Positions 1 to 13,850 of a stretch of DNA of 64,000 nucleotides are shown here, piece after piece. This DNA comes from Sarea resinae (lineage: Eukaryota), in NCBI GenBank assembly GCA_026026165.1, contig JAPEUD010000001.1:434001-498000 (forward strand), given 5' to 3'. The translations under genes were made by a program, and so were the position numbers. Numbering within the stretch: position 1 is the first letter of the stretch; each line of letters starts with the position of its first letter. Under the pieces are notes generated by a model, which was not told the origin of the DNA, searched no databases, and worked only from the letters and a program-made list of their open reading frames with translations.

Positions 1-1447
1 CACTGCGGTAGAGTACTCCGAGTACTCCCTGCTCTGTAACGGTATCATGGATATGATGGGCATTGAAGCTTGGCAGCCAGCCGGCCAGCAGCCGGCCAGC
101 AGCCAACCCCCCGCAGGTCGCACCGCCACATGTCGCATCTGATTACTCAAGCGTGACGATCCCCGTATCTTCAATCCCTCCATCGCAACAAATCGATCTT
201 CTTTTGACGGGTGGCGGCGTGCAAATGATTCATACTTGTCTGGCCAAGAGAAGCACTATCACTTCTTCTCCTTTTCTCGTTGTTTTTTGGCTCGTCGCCT
301 GCAGGCCCCCAAGATTTGGAGAGGCTAACGACTCCTAATAGCGTTGGAGTGGCCACTTGGACCGCATTGGGTAGGCACGCTGGGCAAGACTCGGCGCGTT
401 GTACGCATTGGGCTTCGCTACTTTGCTTCTGGGCCCTTCCTCCAGTCCTCTCCTCCTTCCTTCCTTCCTTCCTACCTTCCTTGCTCACTACTACTGCGCA
501 GTACGGAACTCCTGACCTTTCAGCTCAACAGCTCCTCCACTATTATTTCCCCCTCCTTCCCACCTTGCCTAAGGGACCTTCCCAAACCCTTACAATACCT
601 TACCTCACCTTACCTTCCGTAGGCTACTCGTACTCTACATGACTCTACCGATCACTCCCGTCTCTTCTTACCTATTTCTTCGCTAGTGGTGGCAGCCACA
701 GAGGAACAAACACTTCCAACACATCGATACGTCTTGCTCAAGGTACACGCACATCAAGAGTCTCACGATCCACTCACGACAGGTACCACTACGTACCCGC
801 TACAGAGTACTCTCCAGGGCTGTCGAGTACCTCCTGCTTGTTACTCCCTACTGTAAGGTGTTACCGGCCATTCTCGTTCCTCCAGTACTTCGTAGTCCTT
901 CCAGGCTACTACTTCGTACATTCATCACCATCACTACCACCACTACCACCACCACCACTCGCCATTCACTCTCCACATACTACTCACTCAGCACTGCTTT
1001 CTTCGTGCATACCCACCACATATTGCCCGTACTTACCTACTTATACCACACTTGTCGTTATCACTCCCTTACCCACTACTGCAGTTCCCGGCAGCTGGCC
1101 ATCCATCTCACCACGAATCTCACCAGACTTTCCTTCCATTATAGTCCTGCCTTGTCTCATTTGGGGGGGCATTGCGCGTTCATCCTGGGATTGCTCGAGA
1201 TCCAAGCGATCCCAACCTATCGAATATCCCCGGGGTCATTCTTTCCCTTGACCTTCTCCCATCCATCGATGCCTTCCCGAACGGTCTGATTACCCGTATC
1301 TTTGCCCTCCGGGCTCAGCTGCGACCGGCAAAGTCATAGCAACCAAACTACCCCCATTCCATACAAGCATTCTCGCTCGACACTACCCAGATCTGAGAAC
1401 GCTCCGATCTCTTTCGTTTGACGAAGCTTGTTTGTACTCACATCATA

Positions 1448-4400
1448 ATGTCTGCGGCCTCATCAGCCTCACCCGCTGTCCCTCGTAGCCACTCTTCATC
1501 GCACCGGCAACAATCATCTTACACGCCCCCCACCACCGATCGGCCACACCGGGCACAGTCCACGACGGCTAGACCATCGACACTTCCTTCTACTCCACGT
1601 CGATCCAACTCTCAGTCCCATTCCTTTCATCGCCCCACGTCGTCATCGCAGCAAACTCCTCTTGCCAACGTTGCTCGAAAGGATTACGAGACCTCGAATG
1701 TAGCTCGACCTCCGTCTTCGTCGCGCCGGAGTTCATCACACGATCAGAGTTACAGCGCAGCACCTACACCGGTGCATACCGAATCTTCACGCAGCCATCA
1801 CCACACTCCATCCAGGTCTAGTCATACGAGATATACATCCGACATGTCTGGGGTTGCACCAGCTGCTCCCAATGGAGTGTCGACTCCCGCTCAAGCCCCA
1901 CCCGCTTCTGTCGAGCACGGCGACCGATCAGTGCCGGCAAACAATGGAGCTGCCAAAAGAAGGACGACCATCACGGCGCAGACGGGTCAATGGGCATTAG
2001 GGAGAACTATTGGAGCCGGCAGCATGGGCAAGGTTAAGCTTGCGAGGAATATCGAGACTGGCGAGCAAGTAAGGCATACACACAAATACCATCAAGTTTT
2101 GGAACTAATCATGCTTTCTGCCTTCACAGGTCGCGGTCAAAATAGTCCCAAGGCAGTCGACCGATGATCATCACAACAACCGTGATCGCGAACGAGCAGA
2201 TCGTTCCAAAGAGATCAGGACCGCCAGGGAAGCAGCGATCGTCACACTCCTCAATCACCCCTACATATGTGCCATGCGGGATGTGGTCCGAACCAACTAT
2301 CATTGGTATATGCTGTTCGAATACGTCAATGGTGGTCAAATGCTTGACTACATCATCTCTCATGGAAGGCTGAAGGAGAAACAAGCAAGAAAATTTGGAC
2401 GACAAATCGCAAGCGCTTTGGATTACTGTCATCGAAACAGCATCGTACACAGGGATCTTAAAATCGAGAACATCCTTATTAGCAAGACTGGCGACATCAA
2501 GATCATTGATTTCGGTCTCAGCAACCTCTTCTCGCCCAAGAGTCATCTCAAAACGTTCTGTGGCAGTCTTTATTTCGCTGCTCCCGAGCTGTTACAGGCC
2601 AGGCAGTATACCGGCCCAGAGGTGGATATCTGGAGCTTTGGCATCGTACTCTACGTGCTTGTGTGTGGGAAGGTACCGTTTGACGATCAGAGTATGCCGC
2701 AATTGCATGCGAAGATAAAGAAGGGAATCGTGGATTATCCTCAATGGCTATCTGGAGGTGAGTAATCCGTTCCGTGGGTGCATTCTGCTATTGCTGACAC
2801 ATCACAGAGTGCAAGAATTTAATATCCCGCATGTTGGTCACCGATCCTTCGCATCGAGCAACGCTGGCTGAGATCATGAACCACCCCTGGATCACCAAGG
2901 GTTTTAACTCTCCTCCCGAAAACTTCCTCCCGAATCGGGAGCCCCTTCAACTACCTCTCGACCCCGATGTCATTGAGAAGATGACCGGTTTCGATTTCGG
3001 TTCTGCGGAATTTATAACGACTCAGCTCACCAAGATAATTGACTCAGAGGACTATCAACACGCTGTCCGCGTGGCGGCTCGCGAGCAGCCTGCTCACCCC
3101 CAGGGGACGGAGAGAAAAAGAGGAGTCTTCGACTTCTACAAGAGGAGGAACTCGGTCACAAGCAGAGATACTTTGACGAATATTTCTACTGAGGCGTTAC
3201 AGCTGGGTTCGGACCCTGTGAATGCTTTCAGTCCCTTGATTTCGATTTACTATCTTGTTCGAGAGAAGCAGGAAAGAGAGAAGAACGAGACCAACCCCGG
3301 GGCTCTCAGCATGCCGAAATCTCCTGGTCAAGAACCTCTCAAGATACCTGATCTACCAGCGCCAGAGGCTGCTCACACGAACGAGGGCAGCTATGAGATG
3401 CCAGGCGAGAGGGTCACTGGGGGGCGCGCTAGGCCACGTGCAAGAACGCATGGGGAGGATGAGGTGGCTGAGGGAATGAGAAAGGTCAATCTCGGTGTCC
3501 CAGCATCAGGTTCACCCGCGATTGTCACGCCTCCAAGCGAGCAGCCTTCCCTGAAAAAAGAAAGCACCGCAGCTGGATTGTTGAGACGATTCAGTACTAG
3601 AAGACATAGAGAGCCCGATACTCAGAGGACGCCTATTCAACCGCCTTCGGTAGCCCTCCAACCGCCAAACGATCTACCGACGCCTCCGAGGAAGAGCGTC
3701 AGTGTTCGTAGAGCTCGAGATCGTGAGGAGTTTCAACCGGCGACGTTTCAGCAGTCTGGCACTCAGCCTCAGGATTTCCTTGCGCCTCCAGGTTCAGCCG
3801 GCCCAACGACTCGAGCGAAGGGAGGGTTGGGCAGGTCCACGAGCGTCAATTCAGCTGATCTGAGGCGGCGTGCTGCCAGAAGAGGAGTTGCCGAATCTTC
3901 TGCAAGTGCGAATTCCAATGAACCTCCACTTACCAGTGGCTCGGATCGGTCGAGTGCTAGTGGACAAAAGCCTGTTTCAAGCCAAGCGGATTCTGCAGAA
4001 CTTCAGCCGAAGCTCAACGCTCGTGGTGCGACAACTCGAGCGAAATCCCTCGGTCATGCGCGGCGCGAAAGCATTCAAGCCAGACGTGCAAGAAGGGAGG
4101 AAGCGCGGGAGGCAAATGTTCCTGAAGAGACCGATCAAGAGCTCGCCGAGAATGGCGAGATGAGCGAGAGGGCTGACGCAGGTGAAAGCATGAAGCCTGT
4201 CTATCTCAAGGGACTGTTTAGCGTGTCAACTACAAGCACAAAACCACTCCCGGTCATCAGGGCCGATATCATACGCGTTCTGAAGCAGCTCGGCGTGAGC
4301 TTCACTGAAATTAAAGGAGGCTTTAGCTGCCGTCACGCTCCCAGCATAGATCTCAACAAGGTAGCCGACAATGGACCCCCGAGCCCTGAACGACAGGCCA

Positions 4401-4783
4401 TGATGCAGAGTCCTAGTCACCGGCGAAAAATAAGTTTCGGTGGCGTTATGACCAACGATCGTGAACGAGAGGATCTTCGAGATAGCGACAAGTCTGCTTC
4501 ACGCGCAGCTCGCAGGCAGGCTGCCGATTACAGCTTCACAACAACGAACTCGGAAGATTCATATGAGGACGTTGGAAGAGATGCAAGTGGGAACAGGGCA
4601 GTTGGAGAAACCAGCACACACGTGCAGAGCGATCTTGGCGGAAGTATGGTCCTGAAATTTGAGATCTTCATCGTCAAGGTTCCTCTATTCTCCCTGCATG
4701 GTGTGCAATTCAAGAAAGTCGCTGGCGGCACCTGGCAATATAAGAACATGGCTCAAAAAATTCTGAATGAACTACGCTTGTAA
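1448..4783 (+). CDS. kin1: Kin1/MARK-family Ser/Thr protein kinase with C-terminal KA1 domain (3 exons: 1448-2068, 2130-2757, 2808-4783)
   Basis: Kinase motifs [13 protein letters not shown] (restored by splicing), [11 protein letters not shown] and APE. C-terminal KA1 motifs [12 protein letters not shown] and [16 protein letters not shown] introns at 2069-2129 and 2758-2807 join the ORF pieces in frame. Confidence 0.95.
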
Positions 4784-5896
4784 CGCAATCCGGAAGTTGA
4801 GGTCATTTGTCGGATCCAGTTACTGGCTGAGCAAAGTCAAAGGTCACTTCAGGGACAGGTTTTCATCATTTTTCCTTACTCAGAGCCGTCTTTCAGCGAG
4901 ACCATTGCAATGACGAATCTCTTTTGTTAAAACCACATTCTCATTCGGTCATGAAAGAGCCACAACGCTTTCGGACAAGAAATGCCTGTGTTACTTGTAA
5001 TTGTTTCTAATAGCATTAAACCGATACCGCCCATTTGTTCTTTTTCTTTCCTCTGTCGGCGAATGGAACGGTCATCTCTCTTTCTTATCATCAGGTCAGC
5101 CAAAGGTCATTCAGAGCCAGTAGCCTTGGCGAATGAACTCGGCGAAGGTGATGAGGCACGTGTCACCCTGTGGACTTTTGATCTTGGTTAGAGATGAGGT
5201 TTCCGGATCGCATGCATCCTCAACGTATATGGTATGAGCATGCATTCACTGTCTAGAGGCAAATGATATTCTTTTGTGATGATCGAGAGGCTAATGATCA
5301 TATGTGACTTAAGTGACAGTGCAAAGAATAGTATGAATGGGGTCATGTTGTCAATCGTAAATGGATGTGAAGCGGTATTAGAATGCGCTGCAATGACTAT
5401 CGAAGATTTCTAGACCTACCCATAGATCTCTGCAGTGTCTCACGTACCAGTGATAGCCGCAAAGGCGCCTCGAGGATCGGATGAGATTTTGAGTTCGTAG
5501 ATTTGGATTCCGATATGCTGCCGCTGGGCCCTACTGGATATATCTCGTGAATTGGGCCCATCATGCAGCCAAATCTACACGTGAATTTCGTATATCACCA
5601 AACGCTCCGGCCTAAGTAATACAATCTCAAAGGTGGCAATTTGAAGACCTAACATCCCATACGTATTCCCAGCTCCGCTGCTGGGCCGTGGCTTGCCGAG
5701 ATTTCGCACTGCAGGGCAGGTAGGTAGCCGAAGCGAGAAGCTTAACGACTGTCGAATGCACTCAACTCCCCGCCTTTCGAACCTCAAACAAGCTACAACT
5801 CCTGGACTACCACCGATTCCCTTTCATCAGTCTCCTAGGTCCCACTTCACCCTTCTGAAAGGTCCTCTTGCCTGTCACTCGGGCAGACTTCCGAAG

Positions 5897-6013
5897 ATGC
5901 TGCAGTCGCAGCACGTCTTCTCACACCAACATCAGTATCCCCAAGCCGACCCGTCATGGATTCATCAGCAGCAGACCCATCATCAGCAACAGCAACAACA
6001 GCAACAACAACAG

Positions 6014-6045
<32 letters not shown>

Positions 6046-7259
6046 ACAGCAACACTCGCATCAGCAGCATTCGCATCAAGCCGCGCAGCAGCACGCACAA
6101 GCTCAAGCCGCTGCCGCCGCTGCCGCCGCCGCGCAACAACAACACTATGGTCGCATAGCGGCAAGCAACCACACTCCAGCCCCGGCGATGATGACTGAGC
6201 TCAACTCGGGCATAGTGCCCATCGAACATGGCATGAGTGATGAGAATAGGCGCGTCCTAGGATGGATCGCTGATCTGATGAATGGTAATTCAAGGGAAGC
6301 TGCGTTATTGGAGCTGAGCAAGAAGAGAGAACAGGTGCCCGAGCTGGCACTGATATTATGGCATTCTTTCGGTAAGATTGAGCCTCCCGCATAGTCTTCG
6401 TCATAAGTAGAGTGCTAACAAGCTCTACGAAGGCGTCATGACTTCTCTGCTCCAGGAGATCATCTCGGTCTATCCTCTCCTCAACCCTTCGCAACTCACC
6501 GCGGCTGCCTCTAACCGCGTCTGCAACGCGCTCGCGCTTCTACAGTGTGTTGCCTCTCATAACGATACAAGGGCTCTGTTCCTCAATGGTGCGTTACCTT
6601 CACTCCTCAATTCACCCGTTTTTTGCCCAGCTCGACTAACCATTTGAATAGCTCACATCCCTTTATTTCTATACCCGTTTCTCAACACGACCTCCAAATC
6701 GCGGCCGTTTGAATACCTCCGTCTCACATCCCTCGGTGTCATTGGCGCGCTCGTGAAAAATGACTCCTCCGAGGTCATAAATTTCCTGCTCACTACGGAG
6801 ATCATCCCGTTATGTCTTCGCATCATGGAAACAGGATCAGAACTAAGCAAGACTGTGGCTATATTCATTGTCCAGAAGATCTTACTTGACGACGTTGGAC
6901 TCGCTTATATTTGTCACACATACGAGCGATTTTATGCCGTTGGAACTGTCCTCAGCAACATGGTCACGCAATTGGTGGAGCAACAGACTGTCCGTTTGCT
7001 CAAACACGTTGTTCGCTGTTTCCTTCGGTAAGTCCATCCAAGGCAGCTCAAGCATTTCTTGCCCCTAACTTGTTGTTGCAGGCTGAGCGATAATGCGCGT
7101 GCTCGCGAAGCGCTTCGGCAGTGTCTCCCAGAGCCTCTTCGTGACGCTACCTTCTCTTCTGTCCTCCGTGACGATGCGGCTACCAAACGCTGTCTCGCTC
7201 AGCTTCTTATCAATCTTTCGGATAATGTGGTAGATTCTTCGAACAATCAGGGGCTGTAG
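5897..7259 (+). CDS. rcd1: CCR4-NOT subunit Rcd1/Caf40/CNOT9 (exons 5897-6371, 6433-6588, 6652-7027, 7082-7259)
   Basis: Typical Rcd1 segments [54 protein letters not shown] and [19 protein letters not shown]-terminus has polyQ and polyA tracts. Confidence 0.95.
5984..6052 (+). repeat. Coding CAG/CAA trinucleotide repeat (Q23) in rcd1
   Basis: 23 consecutive CAG/CAA codons, followed shortly by an Ala9 run. Confidence 0.95.
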
Positions 7260-8226
7260 GTTGAGCCTCTGGTATTTCTTCGCGTGTATCATATGCATGT
7301 CGGTGGACACAGGGTCATCTGCGGGTTTCATAGAAATATTTTCGGCATGGATGGGCATAAGATGATACGATCTTCCAAAAGTGGGTGATTGTCATTTTCT
7401 TCGGGGGGATGGTGTTCAGTCCTAACTTTTGCCTCTCTTATTTTCTGGCCTTGCACACACATATTCTGTCTTTGGCAGTTGCATGATGGACGGAGCTAAG
7501 GTTTTGAAGATGGAAAGCCTTCTTTGATTTGGGCCCGGTTCTATTATCCATGGCGGATTACGCCTTTTTTTTTCTTTTTTTTTCTCGGGCGCTTGCTTCA
7601 ATCATGTACTTATAGTCAAAACATGCCTGCATCGGCTAGTATCAAATCACTGTCATTCTCCCTAGCTTCCTGTTCCCTTCCCAGCGCATCCATCTCTGTG
7701 CAGTCGGCGATGAGCATCTCCCATGATCCGATCTGAGGTCCTGAAGCAGATCCACTTCAGTACTCCGAGTATAAAGATGATTATGTAAGGTAAGTTAGAC
7801 GAGAAGCATCCGATCGGCATTCACCGATCGCGTCTTGAGCTACCTTACCTAGGTAGGTATGCAGGTACTCTTGAGTACAGATCAGGCCGCTGAGTTGCAA
7901 CAAGAACCCTGTTGTACTTCTGCAAAGGTCATCTTTTTGGCAGGGCGGCTCTTATCCATCTCGTGCAACTTGCGACACGTCCGGTTAACTTTCACAATTC
8001 AATAGCTCTTTACTACTAGTAAGGCACGCGTTGAATTAACTATTCTCAATCAAAAGATCCCTTGTATCATTCACTCCACAATCTCAAAGAGGCTTTCCAT
8101 TGCGGGTCGTCTCTACTACGCTCCGTCGGAAGGACTTCTCGATCTGCAATCCTGTTAAGACTTCTTGGAGTCATCTTCAATTTCCCATCCTCGGCGCGTC
8201 GCCTCGCCTTCACAAACCTCGAAAAC

Positions 8227-10894
8227 ATGGTATCACGAAAGAGAGACCGGCGGGAAATGGAGTCCGCGGAACCCCCGCCTGAACCGAGCACGCTTGACAG
8301 AATACGAAATATGTGGCAGTTTGCAAATCTCATGCAATACATCTTCATCTTTGGTAAAGTGGTCAAGATCGAAGACGAATTCGATATTGAGGTATGTCTC
8401 TGCTTCACCATCTGGGTGGGCCGACCGCTCCATTTCGGAGGATAACTGACAATAAATGTGTATGCTAGGACCTCGAGACTGAGCTGCTGAAGCCAAGTCA
8501 CTCACAGAAGCTCTCAGAAATTGGCCTCGCATTACTAAAATTTGTGTCGTCGCATCGGGGCTTGACGTAAACGGCCATTCCCATACCATCCCTGAGCTTC
8601 CTCACTAATTGTTTTTGGCAGGCCTGAGCTATTCGACGAATATACACGACGCCAATATCAAGCAAAGCTGCCTACATTCAACCCATTCGGCGATGACGAA
8701 GAGCCCAAAAAGTTCTCCGAGCTTGACGTATTCACCAAAGTCAAGGTTCTATATCAACTCTCTCAGTGGACATTGGTGAATAGCGAACGTATACGGGAGC
8801 GCATGCCCGAAGTCAAGGACACCGAGCAGACTCAATGGGTATGTCCCTGGACAACTGCAGAGGGCAAACGCTGACAGGCATAAATAGAGGGTAGAAGAGG
8901 TTGGTTACGACGCTCAAGACCGCCTATATTATGTACTTGACGATAATCGCCTCTACCGCCGAACCGATCCGCCGACACCAACGCCAAAGCCGAAAGCCAA
9001 CTCAAAGAAGGCGAGAGCTGCAGCAAGGGCTAGCAAGCGAAGAAGAGTCTCCAAAGCAATGTCCACAGATGGACCGGAAAATGAGGACGGGGATGGTACT
9101 CCAGACAAGGTGGAGGCGGCGGACGATGGGTTTGGCGGTATGAAGTGGGAATGTCTGGCTGTCACCCTCAAGCAATACCAGAACTTCTTGGAGAGCATCC
9201 GCCGGAGCAAAGATCCAAATGAGAAATATCTTCACGACCGACTCACAGAAGAGGTATTACCGGTCATTGAAAAGTTTGAAGAGGAACAGAAGCGGAAAGC
9301 CCTCAAACGCGAGAAAGAGCTGTTAAACCTTCAGAAGCTAGCGACCGCAAAAAGGTCGAGTAGGATTGCAAGCAAAATTGACAGACAACGAGAGGAAGAA
9401 GCAGCCGCTGAAGCCGAGAAGAAGAGGCAGGCCCTCTTGGTCGAGGCGAAGAAGGAGAAAGAGAGACGGAAGAAGATGGAAGAGGTTGGTTCTTTCTCGT
9501 GCCACTCCCTGCACATGCTAAGACTTATACTAGGAGCGTGACCACCGCATGATGACTCGCGAGCGACGCCTTAGAGACCGAGAACATCGACGCATACTGC
9601 ATGAAGAGGAGCTCGCCAATCTTTCAGAAGAGAACGAGATGCTTGAAAAAGGTCTGTCTCGAAAATCCGAACGACACATCAAGCTCGAGATGGAAAAGGC
9701 CAAGCTGGAGCTCGAGAAACTGGCAGAGGAAGACAATTGGATCTTTGACTGCTCGGTCTGTGGTGTCTATGGAGATAATTTGGTAAGCTCTTCAGTCATA
9801 ATCCCCACTTCCGTTTACTAATGTCTCAGGACGACGGCTCTCATAGTGTGGCCTGTGACAAGTGCAACGTTTGGCAACATAGCGCTTGTCTGGGTATCAG
9901 CCAGCAATCGGCCGAACGCGAAGACTTCCATTTCATATGCAAAGACTGCAAGCGCCGCATTGAGGATGCTAAGAAGCCCAAGATCCCGTCACTAAAATTC
10001 CACGTTGGACTCTCCTCTTCTCCTCCGACGGTCAAGACCAAATCCAATGGAGAAGTCCGAGACGTTGTCATGACAGATGATCAGGATGCGGATCGAGCTT
10101 CTGCTTCTCCAACGCGAACCCGGCAAGTGACTTCGACTTCGTCTTACGGGGGAAACGCAAACCCATCTGGCATCATGAATGGACCGAGTTTATCGCCACA
10201 CGGTCAGAGCCCTGGCCCGCCGGGCGTAACGAACGGTGTCGGAGTCTACCCTACGTCCACCCCAAATGGTACGACTCATCTGCCTCCGTCAACGCTATTT
10301 GGCCTACCAAATGGCAATCCGTCTAGGCCATCTACTTCTGGGGATGGCATCCCTCATTTCAATTCCTCGTTGAGCAACAATGGGGTAAAGTGGTACGATA
10401 ATGAAGATCCTCATGGAAACACTCCATCCCGAGCGCAAAACCCTTTTCTTGACTCCCTTGACCGTCAACGTCCCTCGTCGTCGCATTCGGTCCCTGATCT
10501 GCCGTCGCCTATTAAGAACCAGCATTCCATGTCACCTGCAGCTAGAAACAAAGACGTTGGACCCCTGGCCTTTCCCGGACCCGGCAGTCCAAATGGGACC
10601 TTCGTTCCTCCGGCAGCTCAGCCACCTTCTCACTCACCCATGAAACATTCTTCGTCTCCGATCCAAATGCGCTTTTCATCGCCGTCGGCGATCCCCCCTG
10701 CCAGTTCCGGTATCTCGCCGATCAAGCATTCTCCGCCTCGACCGGGATCTGGCTATGGTATATCAGGCACACCCATCCTACCTCCCATAGCTTCTTTGTC
10801 TCCGAGTCCATCTCAGCAGATTCTTAGTGCACCGAGCAAGGTATTAACGCCGGAGCAGGCAAAGACCGATGTGCGCCACATTGGCCAGTCATAA
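8227..10894 (+). CDS. PHD-finger / WHIM-type chromatin protein, probably ISWI-associated (introns 8392-8468, 8567-8621, 8839-8887, 9485-9533, 9783-9829)
   Basis: N-terminal IRNMWQFANLMQYIFIFG; WRVEEVGYDAQDRLYYVLDDNRLYR (WHIM3/WSD-like); KRSSRIA coiled region; PHD finger CSVCG...VACDKCNVWQHSAC...FICKDC split by an intron; Pro/Ser-rich tail. Confidence 0.85.
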
Positions 10895-13817
10895 GTTGAT
10901 CGTCTGGGCTGTTAACTAAGGAGTCTACTGGGGCATAAAGGAATTTGAATTGGGTCGAGGTTGAAGTCTTTGAGACATCGAATCCACCTGTGTCTTCAGG
11001 GCATTTGTTCTTATGGCGTCCTTAGTGGGGATGTTTGCATGCGTTACGTTGATTCATTCTTGTTCCTCCCCTCTCTTCCTTGGTTGTCCTTCGGATTTGG
11101 ATTGACAAGAAATAGAGACAGCTTGAGACAAGCACATAAGGGACGAACATTTCACCCGTCCTTAGTGGGAATGTACACAAATGCCACATTAGCAGTTATA
11201 GAAACAAGTATATGGTAGATCACTTTACCTCAATGAATAGGAACCCAAGGTTTGCTGCAAGGAACTCGGAGATAGCGTGGGCAGAAGACAAAGGAAGCGA
11301 GATAGAAGTCAAATGCTTGTGTGGTGTTCCAAGTGTGGCGCGTTGGTTTCTTCTGCAAGGGATCTTTTGCACACTTACTCAGACAGAGCTATTCTACTCC
11401 GATGCTAACTGTTGGTCATATTGTTCTCCTTCGACACGATTCTGGCAATGTAACACGATTTCCTCGAGATATCTCAAACTAAACATTCTATTTCGGCATG
11501 GGTTGGTTGGACCAGTATGTCTTCCAGAGCTACTCTAACATTCTGGACTGTGATATTTCTCCTACGCTTTTACGACGTACAGATCTTCATCTCGCGAGTG
11601 TGACAAGAGGAAGTTATGGAATGGTAGATGCGACTATAGAGGTCTTGAAAATGATCGTCGTTTCATAGCGATGATACTATTGAAGGCGTGAGACGGGTGG
11701 ATCTAGTGAGCTACAATTGGTACTGTTTGAATTGATTACTTTTCGGGTATTGATGTTGTCTCACTTCAAGTTTTTTTTCGTTGACCAGATGTGCAGTCGG
11801 CTGTAATCGATGTCCTGGTCACTTCCACATTTCATCAAGTAAACTCGATGATCTTAGTATTTACAAAAGAGATCTCAGTGTTGTTGGATGATGGATCTAG
11901 TATTAGAAATAGGAGTAGTCCTCGATGAAATTGACCACAAGCTCATAGAGCGCCAATCTACACCGGATATTGTTTCCACCATTCATGAATGTCGGCAATA
12001 AATCTCAGATCTTGAAAAATCATTCAACCGCGAGAAATGAAGGAAGACAATCACGATGGCTCAGAAGTATTTCTGCGTATGAATTGGGTGCATGTGTACC
12101 TTGCAACGGTAAGGTATGGAGGGAGAAACCTCTGTCGTCCCACCAAAAATACACACATTCGGGTTCCTTCATGTGCGCAAACGAATGCGATTCAAGCCCG
12201 GAGCACCCGAAATCTCCATCGTTTCCTTTTCTCTCGGCGGCCCATCGCCCGTCGCTCTCTACTGCGCAGTAATCGCCGAACCCTACTAACTGTTTCGCTC
12301 CTACGGTACGTTGGACGTTGCCCGGGCTCGTCCTCCATTCACTAGCGTCCTCGGCGTCAAACGAGGGCCGAACGAGACGAGATGCGCGCCTAACCAAAGG
12401 CCGAGAGACGAGACATGCGATCAAATCAAGGTTTCCCCACCGCAGTGTCATGTAACTTCGTACATGGGGGGCGTGGCAGCATCAGCCACGAGTCCCTTTT
12501 GCGCGAAACTCTACTACTCCGGAGTACCTACGAAGTACGTGGAAGTCTGTTGGCAACAGACTTTCTCGCTAATCTGAGCCCGTGGACCGCATTGGGTCGT
12601 GGAAGGGGATGAAAGGGGAATGGCGAGAACGGGTGCCAGGCTGGAAAGGTTTAGATTCATTGGCCTTGGGATTGGAACCGAATTAGGTATGGACATCTCA
12701 CACTTACATACCCAGGACGTCAGTCGATGATGGATATTCCCCTACCTTAAGTGCCTAGCATCATGTCGACGCAGCGTGTTCGGAGCCCGACGCGCGCTTT
12801 AGTCGCTTCGACCGCTTCATGCTTGAGTCAATCCCAGACCAGGGGGCCTCGGAAACAAGCGCGCATACTGTTCTTGCTACCTTGGCTCCACTCGACCTCA
12901 CCAGATATCGTGCCCTCGCTGGCTAAAAACCAAACCGTTCATCCAGTCTCATCCGGTCTCGGCCTTCCCGGACTCTTTACAGACCAGCCATGTCCCTTTA
13001 CATCCCCATCCGTCGCTGCCTTTTTACTGAAGAACTCGGGGTCGGTTCGCGCTCTTGATGAGCGCAAGGCCCGAACATTGCCTGCTCGTCTTTGCTGCGC
13101 CTCTTCAGATCCTGCGAATCTTTAATATCGCCAGTTTCAAGAGTAGTGCACTACTAGCGTCCTGATTCTCTACAGGACCTACCTTACCTACGAGGCCAAG
13201 GTGGGGAGGATCTATCTCCTACGGGGTCGTGTATCGTTCGCTCGGCCCGGCCCAAGTTGCGCGCGCAGAGCGACGGGCCTTGTGCGATGATCTACCCCAG
13301 GGTATTGGCCGGCCCTATGTATGACCCTCTGTACTCCTGTACAGGCTATGGAGAGTCAAGCACTGAGCAAGCTAGGGGACCTGCACAGAACGCGCTAGCT
13401 TCAGAACATCTCGATTGTTGATGGTACGGTACGGTAGCGTAGCTCTTGGCCGTCGCTCTCGGGCTGTGTCTCTCTGTCTGCGCTTCTCGATCTCCGACCT
13501 CAATATGACTAGTCTTCTGTCTGCCAAGCTTTCTACGGGAGGAGAGATCCAGTACGATCGGCCAGGCCATTCGGCTGACTTGGGTCAGAGTGAATCCGAT
13601 TGGCTTCGGTTCCGGCCTTTCCCCTCCAGCTCCTACAGTATCCATCCATACCGTCCACGAACCCCAACAGCCCGTAGTTCGATCTGCATCTTCTTCCAGC
13701 TCGGAGATTGGGCAGCGCGAAGGAGGAGCCGTCTCCGGCCACCAAGGTACTGTACCTCAGGTTGGCAAGGCGTTGGATGAGTGGCGCACGGCGTCTGTCG
13801 CTCGCCGAGATCTGCAT

Positions 13818-13850
13818 CGATACGATACGATACGATACGATACGATACGA
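13818..13850. repeat. (TACGA)n pentanucleotide microsatellite
   Basis: cga followed by six perfect tacga units. Confidence 0.9.

Noticed and set aside
5693..5896. In-frame upstream extension of rcd1 (ATG at 5756)
   Set aside because: The sequence does not look conserved or protein-like and probably lies in the promoter/5' [11 protein letters not shown] at 5897 has a better context.
358..12597. Identical 15-mer TGGACCGCATTGGGT at 358-372 and 12583-12597
   Set aside because: One or a few 15-mer matches are expected by chance in 64 kb, and the flanks do not extend the match.
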